Positions 1 to 9,774 are shown, numbered from the stretch's first letter. The stretch is 52,938 bases of DNA from Eubacteriales bacterium (GCA_045593965.1 JAZNXP010000157.1:1-52938), one strand, 5' to 3'. The notes: generated from the letters alone by a model not told the origin. A program made the numbers and translations.

Positions 1-1
1 C

Positions 2-739
2 CGAAGGTCGTCAGCATGGTCGATTCCAACGTCAGCATGGAAACGCACGCCGCGGCAAGACTGATCGCCTTGGATGCGGAATAAACCGGGCTTTGATATT
101 TGCGGTACTTGATCAGGTTGATGACGGCGGTCGTAAAGGTCGTGAAGGTATATGCCGCCATCGCGATCGTTGTGATCTCATGACGGACGAACGTACGATT
201 CCAATATACCATAAAGAAAATGATCAGTGCCAACGCCAAGTTCATAAACAGGAATATCCAGCCGCAAGCACGGTATCGCAGTAGCTCCTCACGCATTCTT
301 TCCCCTGCTCTGTGCGCACTCGTATGCCGTACCAGAAAGAACCGCATCATCGCCAAGGAAATATAGTATCCTGCCAACGAATAATACCAGAACGTATGAT
401 GATAAAAGCCCAGCCATAATTGAAAAACAGCATATGCGGTATTCCAGATCAATGAGCCGTAAAGAGAAACGTTCACACGCAGACGGTCATCCTCCACCCA
501 TCGCTTTGCGTATTTATTTTCATTTTTAAACACCTTGAAGATCTTGATCAGTTTTGGAATTCTGAAGCACCATACTGTTAACGTGTATGCCGCCAGAACG
601 TAGGAGACGATGGCAAGCACCGACGCAGTTCCCAAAAACACCATTGCGCAAACGAGAAATGCCGTAGCCAGCGGAAGCAGCACGATCAGGATCGCAACAT
701 GCGGAAACAACAGTGCTTTACCCAGCTTCTTCCAATCCA
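2..739 (-). CDS. multi-pass membrane protein, partial (C-terminus lies beyond the left edge)
   Basis: Not in the ORF track because it runs off the window. Hand translation of the minus strand from ATG 739..737 gives MDWKKLGKALLFPHVAILIVLLPLATAFLVCAMVFLG... with no stop down to position 2 (246 codons) and several hydrophobic helices. The start overlaps the histidine kinase stop (718..720) by 22 nt, implying co-transcription. Confidence 0.6.
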
Positions 740-1815
740 TTTTTCTTCCTCCCGATCTTCACGGTGAAGGTCGTTCCGACTCCAACCGCGCTTTCTACCT
801 CGATTTCTCCTTGCATGATATCCACCACGCGCTTGACAAGTGCCAACCCCAATCCGTTCCCCTGCGTTGCGCGAGAGGTGTCCCCTTGATAAAACTTTTC
901 AAAGATATGCGCACCCACCTCGGGGCTCATTCCGCATCCTGTGTCGGTGATCTTAACAGCAGCATATTTTTCGTCTGCAGTAAGCGTGAGCGTTACCCTT
1001 CCGCCGTCCTCGGTAAACTTGAAGGCGTTGGAGAATAGGTTATTCCAAACGAGCGAAAGAAGCTCTGCGTCGGCAGAAACCAATACCCCCTGCGCAATAT
1101 CGGTCTCGATCTCAATGTGCTTTCTCTCCCACGTGCTTTCATACTGCAAAAGGCTCTCGCACAGCTGTTCTCCAAGATCAAAGGTGGCAGGATTGGGATA
1201 AATCTGTTGGTTTTCCAGCCGATTGAGCTTGAGAACATTCGTCATCATGTCGGCAAGGCGGCGTGACGCATCCGTGATCGCTCTTGCATATTCCGCTCTT
1301 TTCTCCTCTGCCAGATCGGGCGATTGCAATAAGGTTCCGTAATTCTGAATGACGGCAAGCGGCGTTTTCATCTCGTGAGAGACGTTGGCGATGAAGTCGG
1401 TGCGAAGCGTTTCAACGCCTGACAGCTCCTCCGCCATCTTGTTGACGCATTCAATGATCTCATTGAAGCTATCGTCCGTTCCGAATTTTGCGATCGATTC
1501 GATGCGAACGCTGAAGTCTCCCTCGATCATCTTAGAGGTCGCGTCCGTAATTCTCTTCACGGGACGTTCCACCGTAAGCTTGCGGCGGATATGATCGATC
1601 ACTGCCATACAGACGCTCAACAGAATGACGTTGAGCATTGTGATCTTGGCGGCAAGCGCAATCTCCTCTGCCGTGAATTTTCTGCCGATTGATCCCTGCA
1701 ACGTTGAAATAAACAGCATGATGCAGCAGGTCGTTACAAAAGCGGCAAGCAGAAAAAAGATAAAGAAATTGCTCACGGTGCTTAGTATTTTTTTCGTTGC
1801 GTCGCCCTTTTTCAT
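718..1815 (-). CDS. sensor histidine kinase (two TM helices with a short loop, HAMP, HisKA, HATPase_c)
   Basis: 365 aa. H-box FIANVSHEMKTPL, N/G boxes (NAFKFT, DTGCGM, GNGLGLALV). The N-terminus has two TM segments separated by about 17 aa, then a HAMP-like segment. ATGA overlap with the upstream response regulator. Confidence 0.9.
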   Translation of the reverse strand: MKKGDATKKILSTVSNFFIFFLLAAFVTTCCIMLFISTLQGSIGRKFTAEEIALAAKITMLNVILLSVCMAVIDHIRRKLTVERPVKRITDATSKMIEGDFSVRIESIAKFGTDDSFNEIIECVNKMAEELSGVETLRTDFIANVSHEMKTPLAVIQNYGTLLQSPDLAEEKRAEYARAITDASRRLADMMTNVLKLNRLENQQIYPNPATFDLGEQLCESLLQYESTWERKHIEIETDIAQGVLVSADAELLSLVWNNLFSNAFKFTEDGGRVTLTLTADEKYAAVKITDTGCGMSPEVGAHIFEKFYQGDTSRATQGNGLGLALVKRVVDIMQGEIEVESAVGVGTTFTVKIGRKKNGLEEAG

Positions 1816-2483
1816 TTGATCACCGCCTTATATCCGAGCCCGTGAACCGTCTGGATCTCAAACGAGTCACACGCCGAAAGCTTCGCACGTAGCTTGGTCA
1901 TATAGACGTCCACCGTGCGCGTACCCGTTTGCGTATCCACGTCCCAAAACTCATCCATCAGCTGTGTCCGCGTAAAGGTCTTTTTGGGATACGACAGAAG
2001 CTTATAAAGCAGATCGAATTCCCGTGCCGTCAGAGAGATCTCCTCCCCCTTCAGAACTGCCGTGCGTTCGTCCGCGTCCATTACGAAATCCCCGATCTCC
2101 AGACGTCGGCTCGACGCGATCTTGAAACGGCGCAGGAGCGCACCGATGCGCAAAAACAGCTCGTCAAGATCGATCGGCTTTGTCATATAATCGTCAATCC
2201 CGATGCGATATCCTCTCTGCTTGGATGCAAAATCGTCACGCGCGGTCATGAACAGGATCGGAATATCGTTGTTGAGCGACCGTACGGTCTTGGCAAATTC
2301 AAAACCGTCGATCCCGGGCATCATGATGTCCGATACGATCAGATCAAACACCGTTTTATACATCTCGTCGTATGCTTCCTCCGCTCCGAGACAGCCCACT
2401 GCCTCATATCCGCTGTGATTCAAAAAGGAACAGACCGAACGGTTCAGGTCACGGTCATCCTCAACCACCAAAATCTTGAACAT
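1812..2483 (-). CDS. OmpR-family response regulator
   Basis: Receiver domain (ILVVEDD...DLIVSDIMMP...) plus a winged-helix C-terminus (TVDVYMTKLRAKL...GLGYK). I prefer ATG 2483 (GGAGGA 7 nt upstream) over the track's TTG 2498. Confidence 0.9.
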   Translation of the reverse strand: MFKILVVEDDRDLNRSVCSFLNHSGYEAVGCLGAEEAYDEMYKTVFDLIVSDIMMPGIDGFEFAKTVRSLNNDIPILFMTARDDFASKQRGYRIGIDDYMTKPIDLDELFLRIGALLRRFKIASSRRLEIGDFVMDADERTAVLKGEEISLTAREFDLLYKLLSYPKKTFTRTQLMDEFWDVDTQTGTRTVDVYMTKLRAKLSACDSFEIQTVHGLGYKAVIK

Positions 2484-2615
2484 CGTATAGTCCTCCAAGA
2501 TATATTTTTCACCAATACACCCTTATTGTAGCACACAAATGTTAAAATTTTGTTTGCGTTTTTGATTTTTTGCGAAAAAAAGATAAGTCCTTTGCTGCTT
2601 CTCTTTTTACATTTC

Positions 2616-2981
2616 TTATTGATTCATGATCTGCTCACTGAGCTTCAGGATCCGATCGGCGTACTTTCTTTTGCGGCTGTTCAGAATTCCGCGGTAGATC
2701 GGATAGTTGATCGCCGCGATCAGCATTCCAACAAGTCCGACGGCAATGCCGATCGGCATTGTGTTCACAATTCCGAGGATCGCTCCGAGCTCTGTCATCA
2801 CCAGGCTCATTCCCGCTCCCATGACAATGGCACCGATGCTTCCGAATACGTATGCGAATACGTTTGCAGGACGCTTTACCTTGGCGTCAAGCTCGCGAAG
2901 CTCGTCAAGCTCCGAAGGATTCTTTCCCATGTACTGCGCACGAATTCTTTGCGCCATAAACTGTTGATCGTTTCTGTTCAT
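2616..2981 (-). CDS. small membrane protein (about 121 aa), function unknown
   Basis: MNRNDQQFMAQRIRAQY... followed by two hydrophobic helices. ATG 2981 is preceded by GAGAGG. The upstream part of the 177-aa track ORF is lysine-rich with no RBS. Confidence 0.6.
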   Translation of the reverse strand: MNRNDQQFMAQRIRAQYMGKNPSELDELRELDAKVKRPANVFAYVFGSIGAIVMGAGMSLVMTELGAILGIVNTMPIGIAVGLVGMLIAAINYPIYRGILNSRKRKYADRILKLSEQIMNQ

Positions 2982-3175
2982 AACTGTTACCTCTCTTATC
3001 GTTGTTGTTTGATTGCTTACAGGCATATGATACGGCTTTGATGTTTTTAATTGTTTTGCAAAATGTTTGTGTTTTGTTAATCTTGTTTTTGATTTTTGAA
3101 TTTTGTATTTTTTCACAACTGTCTCACCTTTTGAATGTGCAATTTTCACAAATTCAAAATTCTTTGAAAAAAGTC

Positions 3176-3204
3176 TTGACTTTAGTTTGTTAAAGTGCTA
3201 TAAT
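3176..3204 (+). promoter_or_regulatory. sigma-A type promoter (TTGACT, 17 nt spacer, TATAAT)
   Basis: TTGACT 3176..3181, 17-nt spacer, TATAAT 3199..3204, directly upstream of the T-box leader. Confidence 0.75.
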
Positions 3205-3492
3205 ACACCTTGTAAATGCGTTTGAGCAGGAATAAGTAGATCGGGGTTTCGCCTCACAGAGAGTTGTCGGTCGGTGCGAGACAATGAGAAGATCCCTATC
3301 GAATACCTCCTGCGAGCAGTGCACCGAACAAGCTTTTTCAGTAGGCTGCAACGGGTGTTCCCGTCACAGAACAAGGGTGTTGACAGACACTCTCAAAGGC
3401 CGCGACCGTGAGATCGCGGTAAACTGAGGTGGTACCACGGGATCTTCTCGTCCTCTGTATTCGAATTGGAATACGGAGGGCGTGTTTTTTTC
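3205..3492 (+). promoter_or_regulatory. T-box riboswitch leader (tRNA-sensing transcription attenuator)
   Basis: Stem I with S-turn elements (AGTA 3235..3238, GAA 3301..3303), AG bulge AGAGAG 3258..3263, and distal loop GGTGCGAGA 3273..3281. Stem III hairpin CCGCGA...TCGCGG about 3400..3419. T-box sequence AAACTGAGGTGGTACCACGG 3421..3440. Terminator 3452..3492, whose 5' arm can alternatively pair with the T-box (GAGG 3426..3429 with CCTC 3452..3455). Confidence 0.85.
3452..3492 (+). terminator. intrinsic terminator of the T-box leader
   Basis: CCTCTGTATTC / GAATACGGAGG stem (11 bp, one G-U), 6-nt loop, then GCGTG followed by a T7 run. Confidence 0.8.
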
Positions 3493-3543
3493 CTCTTTTT
3501 GAGGTTTTCTCCGCAATTCCAATGACAAAGGAGGTAAAAAAAC

Positions 3544-5094
3544 ATGACGGCCGCACAACTTTACACCACCATTGCACTTTGCATCTACGCAGTCACAATG
3601 GCACTCATCGGCTGTATCAGCTACGGCAAATCGAAAACGCTCGACGGCTTTCTGATCGGTGGCAGAAACATCGGCGCTTGGATGACCGCATTCTCATACG
3701 GGACGACCTATTTCTCAGCAGTTGTATTCGTCGGCTACGCGGGTCAGCACGGCTGGAACATCGGTATCGGAAGCATTTGGATCGGCGTTGGAAACGCAGT
3801 GCTCGGATGCCTGCTTTCCTGGCTTCTCTTTGCAAACCGCACCAGAAAAATGACCAAAAAGCTGGAAGCCAAGACCATGCCCGAATACTTTGAAAAACGC
3901 TATGATTCCAAAGGCATGAAGATCTTTGCCTCAATCATTATTTTCGTGTTCCTCGTTCCCTACTCCGCCGCAGTCTATAAGGGACTCGGTTCTCTTTTCG
4001 GCACAGTATTCCCGGGAGTTGAAACGTGGGTATGGATGCTCATCATCGCATGTCTGACCGCTGTCTATCTCGTTGCAGGTGGTTACATTGCCACGGCTTA
4101 CACAGATCTGATCCAAGGCATTATCATGATCATCGGTGTCGTTTGCCTCGTTTTCGCAGTCCTCAATCACGAAAACGTCGGCGGACTTGGCGGATTTATT
4201 GAAAATCTCGGCAATTTCCAATCTCTGCCCAACGATCCCAATCCCACAACGGGAAATCAGCTGACCAACATCTTCGGTGGAAATTCGTTCAAGTTCCTTT
4301 GCGTGAACATCATGCTGACCAGCTTCGGCACGTGGGGACTTCCTCAAATGATCGGAAAATTCTACGCCATCAAGGATACCGCGGCGATCAAGCGCGGCAC
4401 GATCATTTCTACCGTCTTCTGTTTGGTGATCGGCTGCGGCGCATACCTCATCGGCAGCACGTCCCGTCTGATTCTCGGCGGTCAGCTCCCCGAGGGCGGC
4501 GTTGACGCAGTCATTCCCACCGTTCTGATGGAGGTGCTCGGCGGCGGTACGCTCGGCATCATTCTTTTGGCGGTCATCATGATCCTGCTGCTCTCCGCAT
4601 CGATGTCCACCCTGGAAGCGGTCGTTCTCACCTCCGCCTCCGCGGTTGCCGTTGACCTCATTCCTTCCTTGAGAAAGAAGCCCACCAAGCCCGAGACGCA
4701 GATGCTTCTTACCAGACTTCTCTGCCTTGCCTTCGTCGCTTGCTCCTTCATCTTCGCGACGCAGAACATTCCGATCATCGTCAACCTGATGTCCTTCTCC
4801 TGGGGCGTGGTTTCGGGCTGCTTCATCGGCCCCTACATCTGGGGTCTGTTCTCCAAAAAGATCACCAAGATCGGCGCATTCGCAGGTATGCTCGCAGGTC
4901 TTATGACCGTTGGCGGAGCAACACTCGTAATCTCCCTGCAATCGGGCTTCTCCGCAGCGGCGGCAAAATCCCCCGAAATGGGCGTTATCGCGATGGCAGT
5001 CTCTATGATCGTGGTTCCCGTTGTCAGCCTGTTCACCAAGAACAAGGACACGCAGAGAGTGGATGACATCTTCTCCTGCTACGACGAAAAATAA
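3544..5094 (+). CDS. sodium:solute symporter family (SSF, PutP/PanF-like) transporter
   Basis: 516 aa, about 13 hydrophobic segments, SSF-like N-terminus (DGFLIGGRNIGAWMTAFSYGTTYFSA). AGGAGG RBS 8 nt before the ATG. Substrate not assignable from sequence alone. Confidence 0.88.
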   Translation: MTAAQLYTTIALCIYAVTMALIGCISYGKSKTLDGFLIGGRNIGAWMTAFSYGTTYFSAVVFVGYAGQHGWNIGIGSIWIGVGNAVLGCLLSWLLFANRTRKMTKKLEAKTMPEYFEKRYDSKGMKIFASIIIFVFLVPYSAAVYKGLGSLFGTVFPGVETWVWMLIIACLTAVYLVAGGYIATAYTDLIQGIIMIIGVVCLVFAVLNHENVGGLGGFIENLGNFQSLPNDPNPTTGNQLTNIFGGNSFKFLCVNIMLTSFGTWGLPQMIGKFYAIKDTAAIKRGTIISTVFCLVIGCGAYLIGSTSRLILGGQLPEGGVDAVIPTVLMEVLGGGTLGIILLAVIMILLLSASMSTLEAVVLTSASAVAVDLIPSLRKKPTKPETQMLLTRLLCLAFVACSFIFATQNIPIIVNLMSFSWGVVSGCFIGPYIWGLFSKKITKIGAFAGMLAGLMTVGGATLVISLQSGFSAAAAKSPEMGVIAMAVSMIVVPVVSLFTKNKDTQRVDDIFSCYDEK

Positions 5095-5106
5095 TACAAC
5101 ACAACG

Positions 5107-5152
5107 AAACAAGCCTTTTCCTTTCTTTTGAATTGGAAAAGGCTTGTTTTTT
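5107..5152 (+). terminator. rho-independent terminator
   Basis: AAACAAGCCTTTTCC / GGAAAAGGCTTGTTT stem followed by a T-run. Confidence 0.8.
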
Positions 5153-5169
5153 CATTCTGTTTTTTCGGG

Positions 5170-5198
5170 TTGACAATCCTTCCTTTTTCAGATATAAT
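5170..5198 (+). promoter_or_regulatory. sigma-A type promoter (TTGACA, 17 nt spacer, TATAAT)
   Basis: Perfect hexamers at 5170..5175 and 5193..5198. Confidence 0.75.
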
Positions 5199-5230
5199 AA
5201 TAAATGAAATTTGATTGAAGGAGAGACGAA

Positions 5231-6163
5231 ATGGAATTTTTGAAGTGGTTGCAGAGCATCCGCAATCCGATCCTTGATTGGATCATGGCAACGATCACAC
5301 ATTTTGGCGAGGAAACGCTGTTTATCGTGGTTGCGCTGACCGTTTATTGGTGCCTTGATAAAAAGCGCGGATACTACCTGCTCTTTACAGGCTTTACGGG
5401 GATCGTTGGCATTCAGATCCTGAAAATGGCATTTCGCATTCCGCGTCCTTGGGTTCTTGATCCCGATTTTTCGATCGTTGAAAGCGCGCGTGAGGCGGCT
5501 ACAGGCTATTCCTTCCCCAGCGGACATACACAATGTGCGGTGACGCTTTACGGCGCGATCTCACTCTCCTCAAAAAAGCGTGCGGTGCAGATCGGCGGCA
5601 TCGTTCTCTGCCTCCTCGTCGCCTTTTCTCGGATGTATCTTGGAGTACATACGCCGCTTGACGTCGGCGTTTCGATCGTCATCGGCGCGATCCTTGTGCT
5701 TCTGTTTTATCCGATCGTGCAAAAAGCAACCTCCGACCCGCGCTTTATGTACGGTCTGATCGGTGCAACGCTTCTGCTCGCGCTCGGGAATTTACTGTTT
5801 GTGGAGCTTTATCGCTTCCCTGCCGACGTGGATGCCGTCAATCTTCAGGACGCCAAAGAGGTAGCTTGGAAAATGCTCTTTATGATGCTGGGAATGCTCG
5901 CGATCTATCCGCTCGACCGACATCTGATCCGCTTTGAAACCAAAGCCGTTTGGTGGGCGCAAATTCTGAAGCTTGCAGGCGGAGTTGCGGTCGTTATGGC
6001 GATCCGTATTCTCCTCAAAGCACCTCTCAATGCGCTACTCGGTCCTTCCATCGGCGGTGGCGTTCGTTATCTCTTCGTCGTTCTCGCCGCAGGAACGGTC
6101 TGGCCCTTGACCTTTGGATTTTTCTCCAAGCTCGGACAGCCAAAGGAACAAAAACAAGCATAA
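5231..6163 (+). CDS. PAP2-superfamily membrane phosphatase
   Basis: PAP2 signature motifs KMAFRIPRP, SFPSGHT, SRMYLGVHTPLDV. Multiple TM helices. Confidence 0.85.
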   Translation: MEFLKWLQSIRNPILDWIMATITHFGEETLFIVVALTVYWCLDKKRGYYLLFTGFTGIVGIQILKMAFRIPRPWVLDPDFSIVESAREAATGYSFPSGHTQCAVTLYGAISLSSKKRAVQIGGIVLCLLVAFSRMYLGVHTPLDVGVSIVIGAILVLLFYPIVQKATSDPRFMYGLIGATLLLALGNLLFVELYRFPADVDAVNLQDAKEVAWKMLFMMLGMLAIYPLDRHLIRFETKAVWWAQILKLAGGVAVVMAIRILLKAPLNALLGPSIGGGVRYLFVVLAAGTVWPLTFGFFSKLGQPKEQKQA

Positions 6164-6167
6164 CAGA

Positions 6168-6205
6168 AGCTCCCACTCGGATACCCGAGTGGGAGCTGTT
6201 TGTTT
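6168..6205. terminator. bidirectional terminator between convergent genes
   Basis: AGCTCCCACTCGG-ATAC-CCGAGTGGGAGCT perfect 13-bp stem. T-rich on the plus side. Lies between the PAP2 stop (6163) and the ABC stop (6207). Confidence 0.75.
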
Positions 6206-6206
6206 C

Positions 6207-8057
6207 TCAATCGAATTGCGAGCGGTAAAGCGTACTGTAAAAGCCACCCTTGGCAAGCAGCTCCTCGTGGTTTCCGCGCTCGGTGATGACACCGTTTTGA
6301 ATGACCAGAATGCAATCCGCGTTCTGAATGGTCGAAAGACGGTGCGCGATCACAAAGCAGGTCCTTCCCTTCATCAATTCTGTCATTGCCTCTTGGATCT
6401 TGATCTCGGTTCGGGAGTCCACGTTGGATGTTGCCTCGTCCAAGATCAACATCGGCGCATCCGAAAGCATGGCACGCGCGATCGTGATCAGCTGACGCTG
6501 TCCTTTGGAAATATTCACGCCGTCATCCAACAAAAGCGTTTGATATCCGTCGGGAAGTCCCTCAATGTAAGTATCGATCCTCGCCGCTCTTGCTGCCGCA
6601 TAGACCTGCTCCTCGGTCACGTCCTCTCGACCGTAAACGATGTTTTCATAGATCGTTCCGTAGAAGAGCCACGTGTCCTGCAACACCATGGTATATGCCT
6701 TGCGCAGATCGGCGCGCTTGATCGAGGCGATCTCTTTTCCGTCGATGCGGATGCTTCCCGAATTGACGTCATAGAAGCGCATCAGCAGGTTGATGACCGT
6801 TGTTTTTCCCGCTCCCGTAGGACCGACGATTGCAATGGTCTTTCCTGCCTCTGCCTTGACCGAAATACCGTGCAGGATCTCTTTTTCGGGAACGTATCCA
6901 AAATGGACGTCCGTAAATTCCACCTCGCCTTTGACGTTCTTCAGCTCTTCAGCATCGGGCGCGTCCTCGGGCTCGGGCTCCTCGTCCAATACGCGGAATA
7001 CGCGATCCGCCGCCGAAAACGCCGACTGAAATTCATGTAAAATATTTGCGAATTCATTGATCGGTCCCGAGAATTTGCGCGAATACTGAACGAACTCGCC
7101 CACGCTGCCAAGCGTGATAAAGAACATTGATCCCACAAGCACAACACCGCTTTGTGAATACATATACAGCACGCCGCCGAACATCGCGATCAACGCGATG
7201 GAAAGGTTATTGATGAAGTTGACCGTGGGGCCGAGCGTTGCGCCGTAGTATTCCGCACGGTAATATGCTTCCATCGCTTCCTCATTTCTTTTGTTGAAGC
7301 GTTGACAGATCACGTCCTCTCTGCCGTATGCCTCAATGGTTCGGCAACCCGACAGCATCTCCTCGGCAAAGCCATTCAATTCACCAAGCTTCTGCGAACG
7401 GTTTCGAAAAAGCGGTCTGACCTTTTTGGAGCGGAACTTTGTGAAAATGATCGAGATCGGGACCGTCACCACAAAGATCAGGATCATCGGCTTTGAGATA
7501 TTCCACATGAAGATCAGCGAACCAATGACCATATATACGCTCGTCATGACCTGGATCAAGTCATGGGAAAGCGAATTGTTGACCGTGTCGATGTCATAGG
7601 AAATACGGCTGATGATGTCACCGACCGCATGTGTGTCAAAATAGGTGATCGGTAAGCGATTCAGCTTTTCAAAGAGCTGTTTTCTCATGCTGTACACGAT
7701 CTTCTGGCTAAGCGTGATCATGATGACCGAAAGCACGTAAGAAAGCACGGCTGCCACCGCATAGCAGATCAACATTCGGATCACGTTTTCCCATACCGTA
7801 TCGAACTGTACGCCGCCTTCTGCAGCGATCGCGTCGATGGCTTCTCCGGAATACATCGGTCCCAACAGCGAGAGCTGATTGGATACCAGCGTGAAGAGCA
7901 ATGCAAGCAAAAACAGCTTCCAATGCTGAAAAACGTATTTTCCGAGTCGCTTTAAGATCGCTCCCGTTGCTTTTCGATCCAATTTTTTATCCATGGGACG
8001 TGCCTGCATATTCCGCATACCGCCGCGCATGCCTCCGCCAAATCCGCCTCTATTCAA
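6207..8057 (-). CDS. ABC exporter, fused permease/ATPase subunit (type I exporter, second subunit of a heterodimer)
   Basis: Six-TM domain plus Walker A GPTGAGKTT, signature ISKGQRQ, Walker B LILDEATS. Start uncertain: TTG 8057 (GGAGG 8 nt upstream) is preferred; alternatives are 8084 and ATG 8030. Confidence 0.9.
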   Translation of the reverse strand: MNRGGFGGGMRGGMRNMQARPMDKKLDRKATGAILKRLGKYVFQHWKLFLLALLFTLVSNQLSLLGPMYSGEAIDAIAAEGGVQFDTVWENVIRMLICYAVAAVLSYVLSVIMITLSQKIVYSMRKQLFEKLNRLPITYFDTHAVGDIISRISYDIDTVNNSLSHDLIQVMTSVYMVIGSLIFMWNISKPMILIFVVTVPISIIFTKFRSKKVRPLFRNRSQKLGELNGFAEEMLSGCRTIEAYGREDVICQRFNKRNEEAMEAYYRAEYYGATLGPTVNFINNLSIALIAMFGGVLYMYSQSGVVLVGSMFFITLGSVGEFVQYSRKFSGPINEFANILHEFQSAFSAADRVFRVLDEEPEPEDAPDAEELKNVKGEVEFTDVHFGYVPEKEILHGISVKAEAGKTIAIVGPTGAGKTTVINLLMRFYDVNSGSIRIDGKEIASIKRADLRKAYTMVLQDTWLFYGTIYENIVYGREDVTEEQVYAAARAARIDTYIEGLPDGYQTLLLDDGVNISKGQRQLITIARAMLSDAPMLILDEATSNVDSRTEIKIQEAMTELMKGRTCFVIAHRLSTIQNADCILVIQNGVITERGNHEELLAKGGFYSTLYRSQFD

Positions 8058-9774
8058 CGAAAGCACCTCCCATCTGCGAGTCACTGATCTCCTTATATTC
8101 CTTGCACGTATTCAGCAGCTCCTCGTGTGTCCCCTTCCCGATGATCTCTCCGTTTTCCAGCACCAAGATCAGATCGCTCTGCATGACCGAGCTGACACGT
8201 TGCGCAACGGTGATCACGGTAGTGTTGGCTTGCTCCTTCCGCAATGCAACACGCAGGGCGGCATCGGTCTTATAGTCCAGCGCGGATGAGCTGTCATCGA
8301 GGATCAGGATGTACGGATCTGCCGCCAGAGCGCGCGCAATGAGAAGTCGCTGTCTCTGTCCGCCCGAAAGATTGGTTCCCTTCGCGGAAAGCAGATGCCC
8401 GTAGCCGTCGGGCAACGCCTCGATAAAATCATGCGCCTGCGCGATCTTTGCTGCTCGAACGATCTGCTCCTTTGTCAGATCTCTGCCAAAGCGGATATTC
8501 TCTTCAACCGTGTCGGCATAGAGAAAATCATTTTGCAAAGCCACTCCGAACAGTGCGGAAAGCTCTTGCTTTTCAAAGCTCCGAACGTCCTTTCCGTCAA
8601 TGCGGATGCTTCCTTTTCCAACGTCGTAAAACCGCAACAAAAGCTTGATCAGCGTTGATTTTCCGCTTCCCGTGCTTCCGATGATACCAAGGCTTCCGCC
8701 TCTTGGAAGCGCAAAATCAATTTCCTTGAGGTGGTCGTGCTTACCCGTATAGGAAAAGCTGACGTGATCAAACACGATTCCCTCCTCAACCTTTTTACCG
8801 CAGTCCTTTTCTTTGGCTTCACATGAAAGCCCCTCGGGGGCATTCATGACCTGGGCGATGCGGTTTGCGGATGCCGCGCATTTGGTATACATGATAAACA
8901 TTCTCGAAACCGTCATCATCGCCATGGAGATCAAGGTGAAATACTGCATAAACGCAATGACCGTTTCGGGATCGGACTTGGAATCGGAAACCGTGATCGC
9001 GCTGATCGCGACAACGGCTGTAATGCCCGCGTTCATGAGCAGGTTCATGATCGGATTGACCGATCCCATGATCATTCCAACGCGGCGTTCCTCGGTGGAA
9101 AGCGTATAGTTGACCTTGTCATAACGATCGTTTTCATATTCATTTTTGGAAAGTGCCTTGATCACGCGGATGCCTTGCGCATCCTCACGCACGACGCGGA
9201 CCATATTGTCCACGGAGGTCTGCACCTTGGCGTACAGCGGAACGCCCTTGCGTGAAATGAAATACACCGTTACAAAGATAAACGGCAGGATCATCAGCAT
9301 GACCGTTGCAAGGCGCGGATCCATCACCATTGTGATCGCGATACCGCCCACAAGCAGGATCGGCGCACGCACGCCCATCCTCTGCATCATTCCCACGAAG
9401 TTATGAACGTGGTACGTATCGGTCGTGATGCGCGACTCCAGCGACGGGATCGTAAAGCGATCGGTCTGCTCGGCGCAAAGCCTCATCGTTTTGGCAAACA
9501 GATCCTTCCGCATCTCTCCCGCGAAGTCCTTGGAAACCTTTGCCGCCATGCGATTGGCAATGATATTACATAGACACGCCACTCCCGCGCACAGGATCAT
9601 CAATCCGCCCCAGAACAGGATCTGCTGAAGGTCCTGCGTAACGACGATCTCCTTTAGGATATGCGTCAGGATATACGGCAAAAACAGCTCCACGACCGTT
9701 CCCAGAACCTTGATCGAAAAGCCAACCCCCATGCGCGGTGCAAAGGGCTTTAGGCGTTGCAACAAATACTTCAT
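8050..9774 (-). CDS. ABC exporter, fused permease/ATPase subunit (first subunit of a heterodimer)
   Basis: Walker A GSTGSGKST, signature LSGGQRQ, Walker B LILDDSSSALD. ATG 9774 overlaps the marR stop (TGATG). This is the only gene in the window ending in TAG (8050..8052). Confidence 0.9.
   Translation of the reverse strand: MKYLLQRLKPFAPRMGVGFSIKVLGTVVELFLPYILTHILKEIVVTQDLQQILFWGGLMILCAGVACLCNIIANRMAAKVSKDFAGEMRKDLFAKTMRLCAEQTDRFTIPSLESRITTDTYHVHNFVGMMQRMGVRAPILLVGGIAITMVMDPRLATVMLMILPFIFVTVYFISRKGVPLYAKVQTSVDNMVRVVREDAQGIRVIKALSKNEYENDRYDKVNYTLSTEERRVGMIMGSVNPIMNLLMNAGITAVVAISAITVSDSKSDPETVIAFMQYFTLISMAMMTVSRMFIMYTKCAASANRIAQVMNAPEGLSCEAKEKDCGKKVEEGIVFDHVSFSYTGKHDHLKEIDFALPRGGSLGIIGSTGSGKSTLIKLLLRFYDVGKGSIRIDGKDVRSFEKQELSALFGVALQNDFLYADTVEENIRFGRDLTKEQIVRAAKIAQAHDFIEALPDGYGHLLSAKGTNLSGGQRQRLLIARALAADPYILILDDSSSALDYKTDAALRVALRKEQANTTVITVAQRVSSVMQSDLILVLENGEIIGKGTHEELLNTCKEYKEISDSQMGGAFVE

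Noticed and set aside
3131-3160. Imperfect inverted repeat TTGAATGTG...ACAAATTCAA between the divergent small-membrane-protein and T-box promoters
   Set aside because: It is AT-rich and imperfect, with an asymmetric spacer, so it is not distinguishable from chance in an AT-rich intergenic region.
3338-3893. Short ORFs (79, 64 and 154 aa) across 3338..3893
   Set aside because: They fall inside the T-box leader and its terminator, or out of frame at the start of the symporter gene. No RBS, and the RNA elements explain the region.
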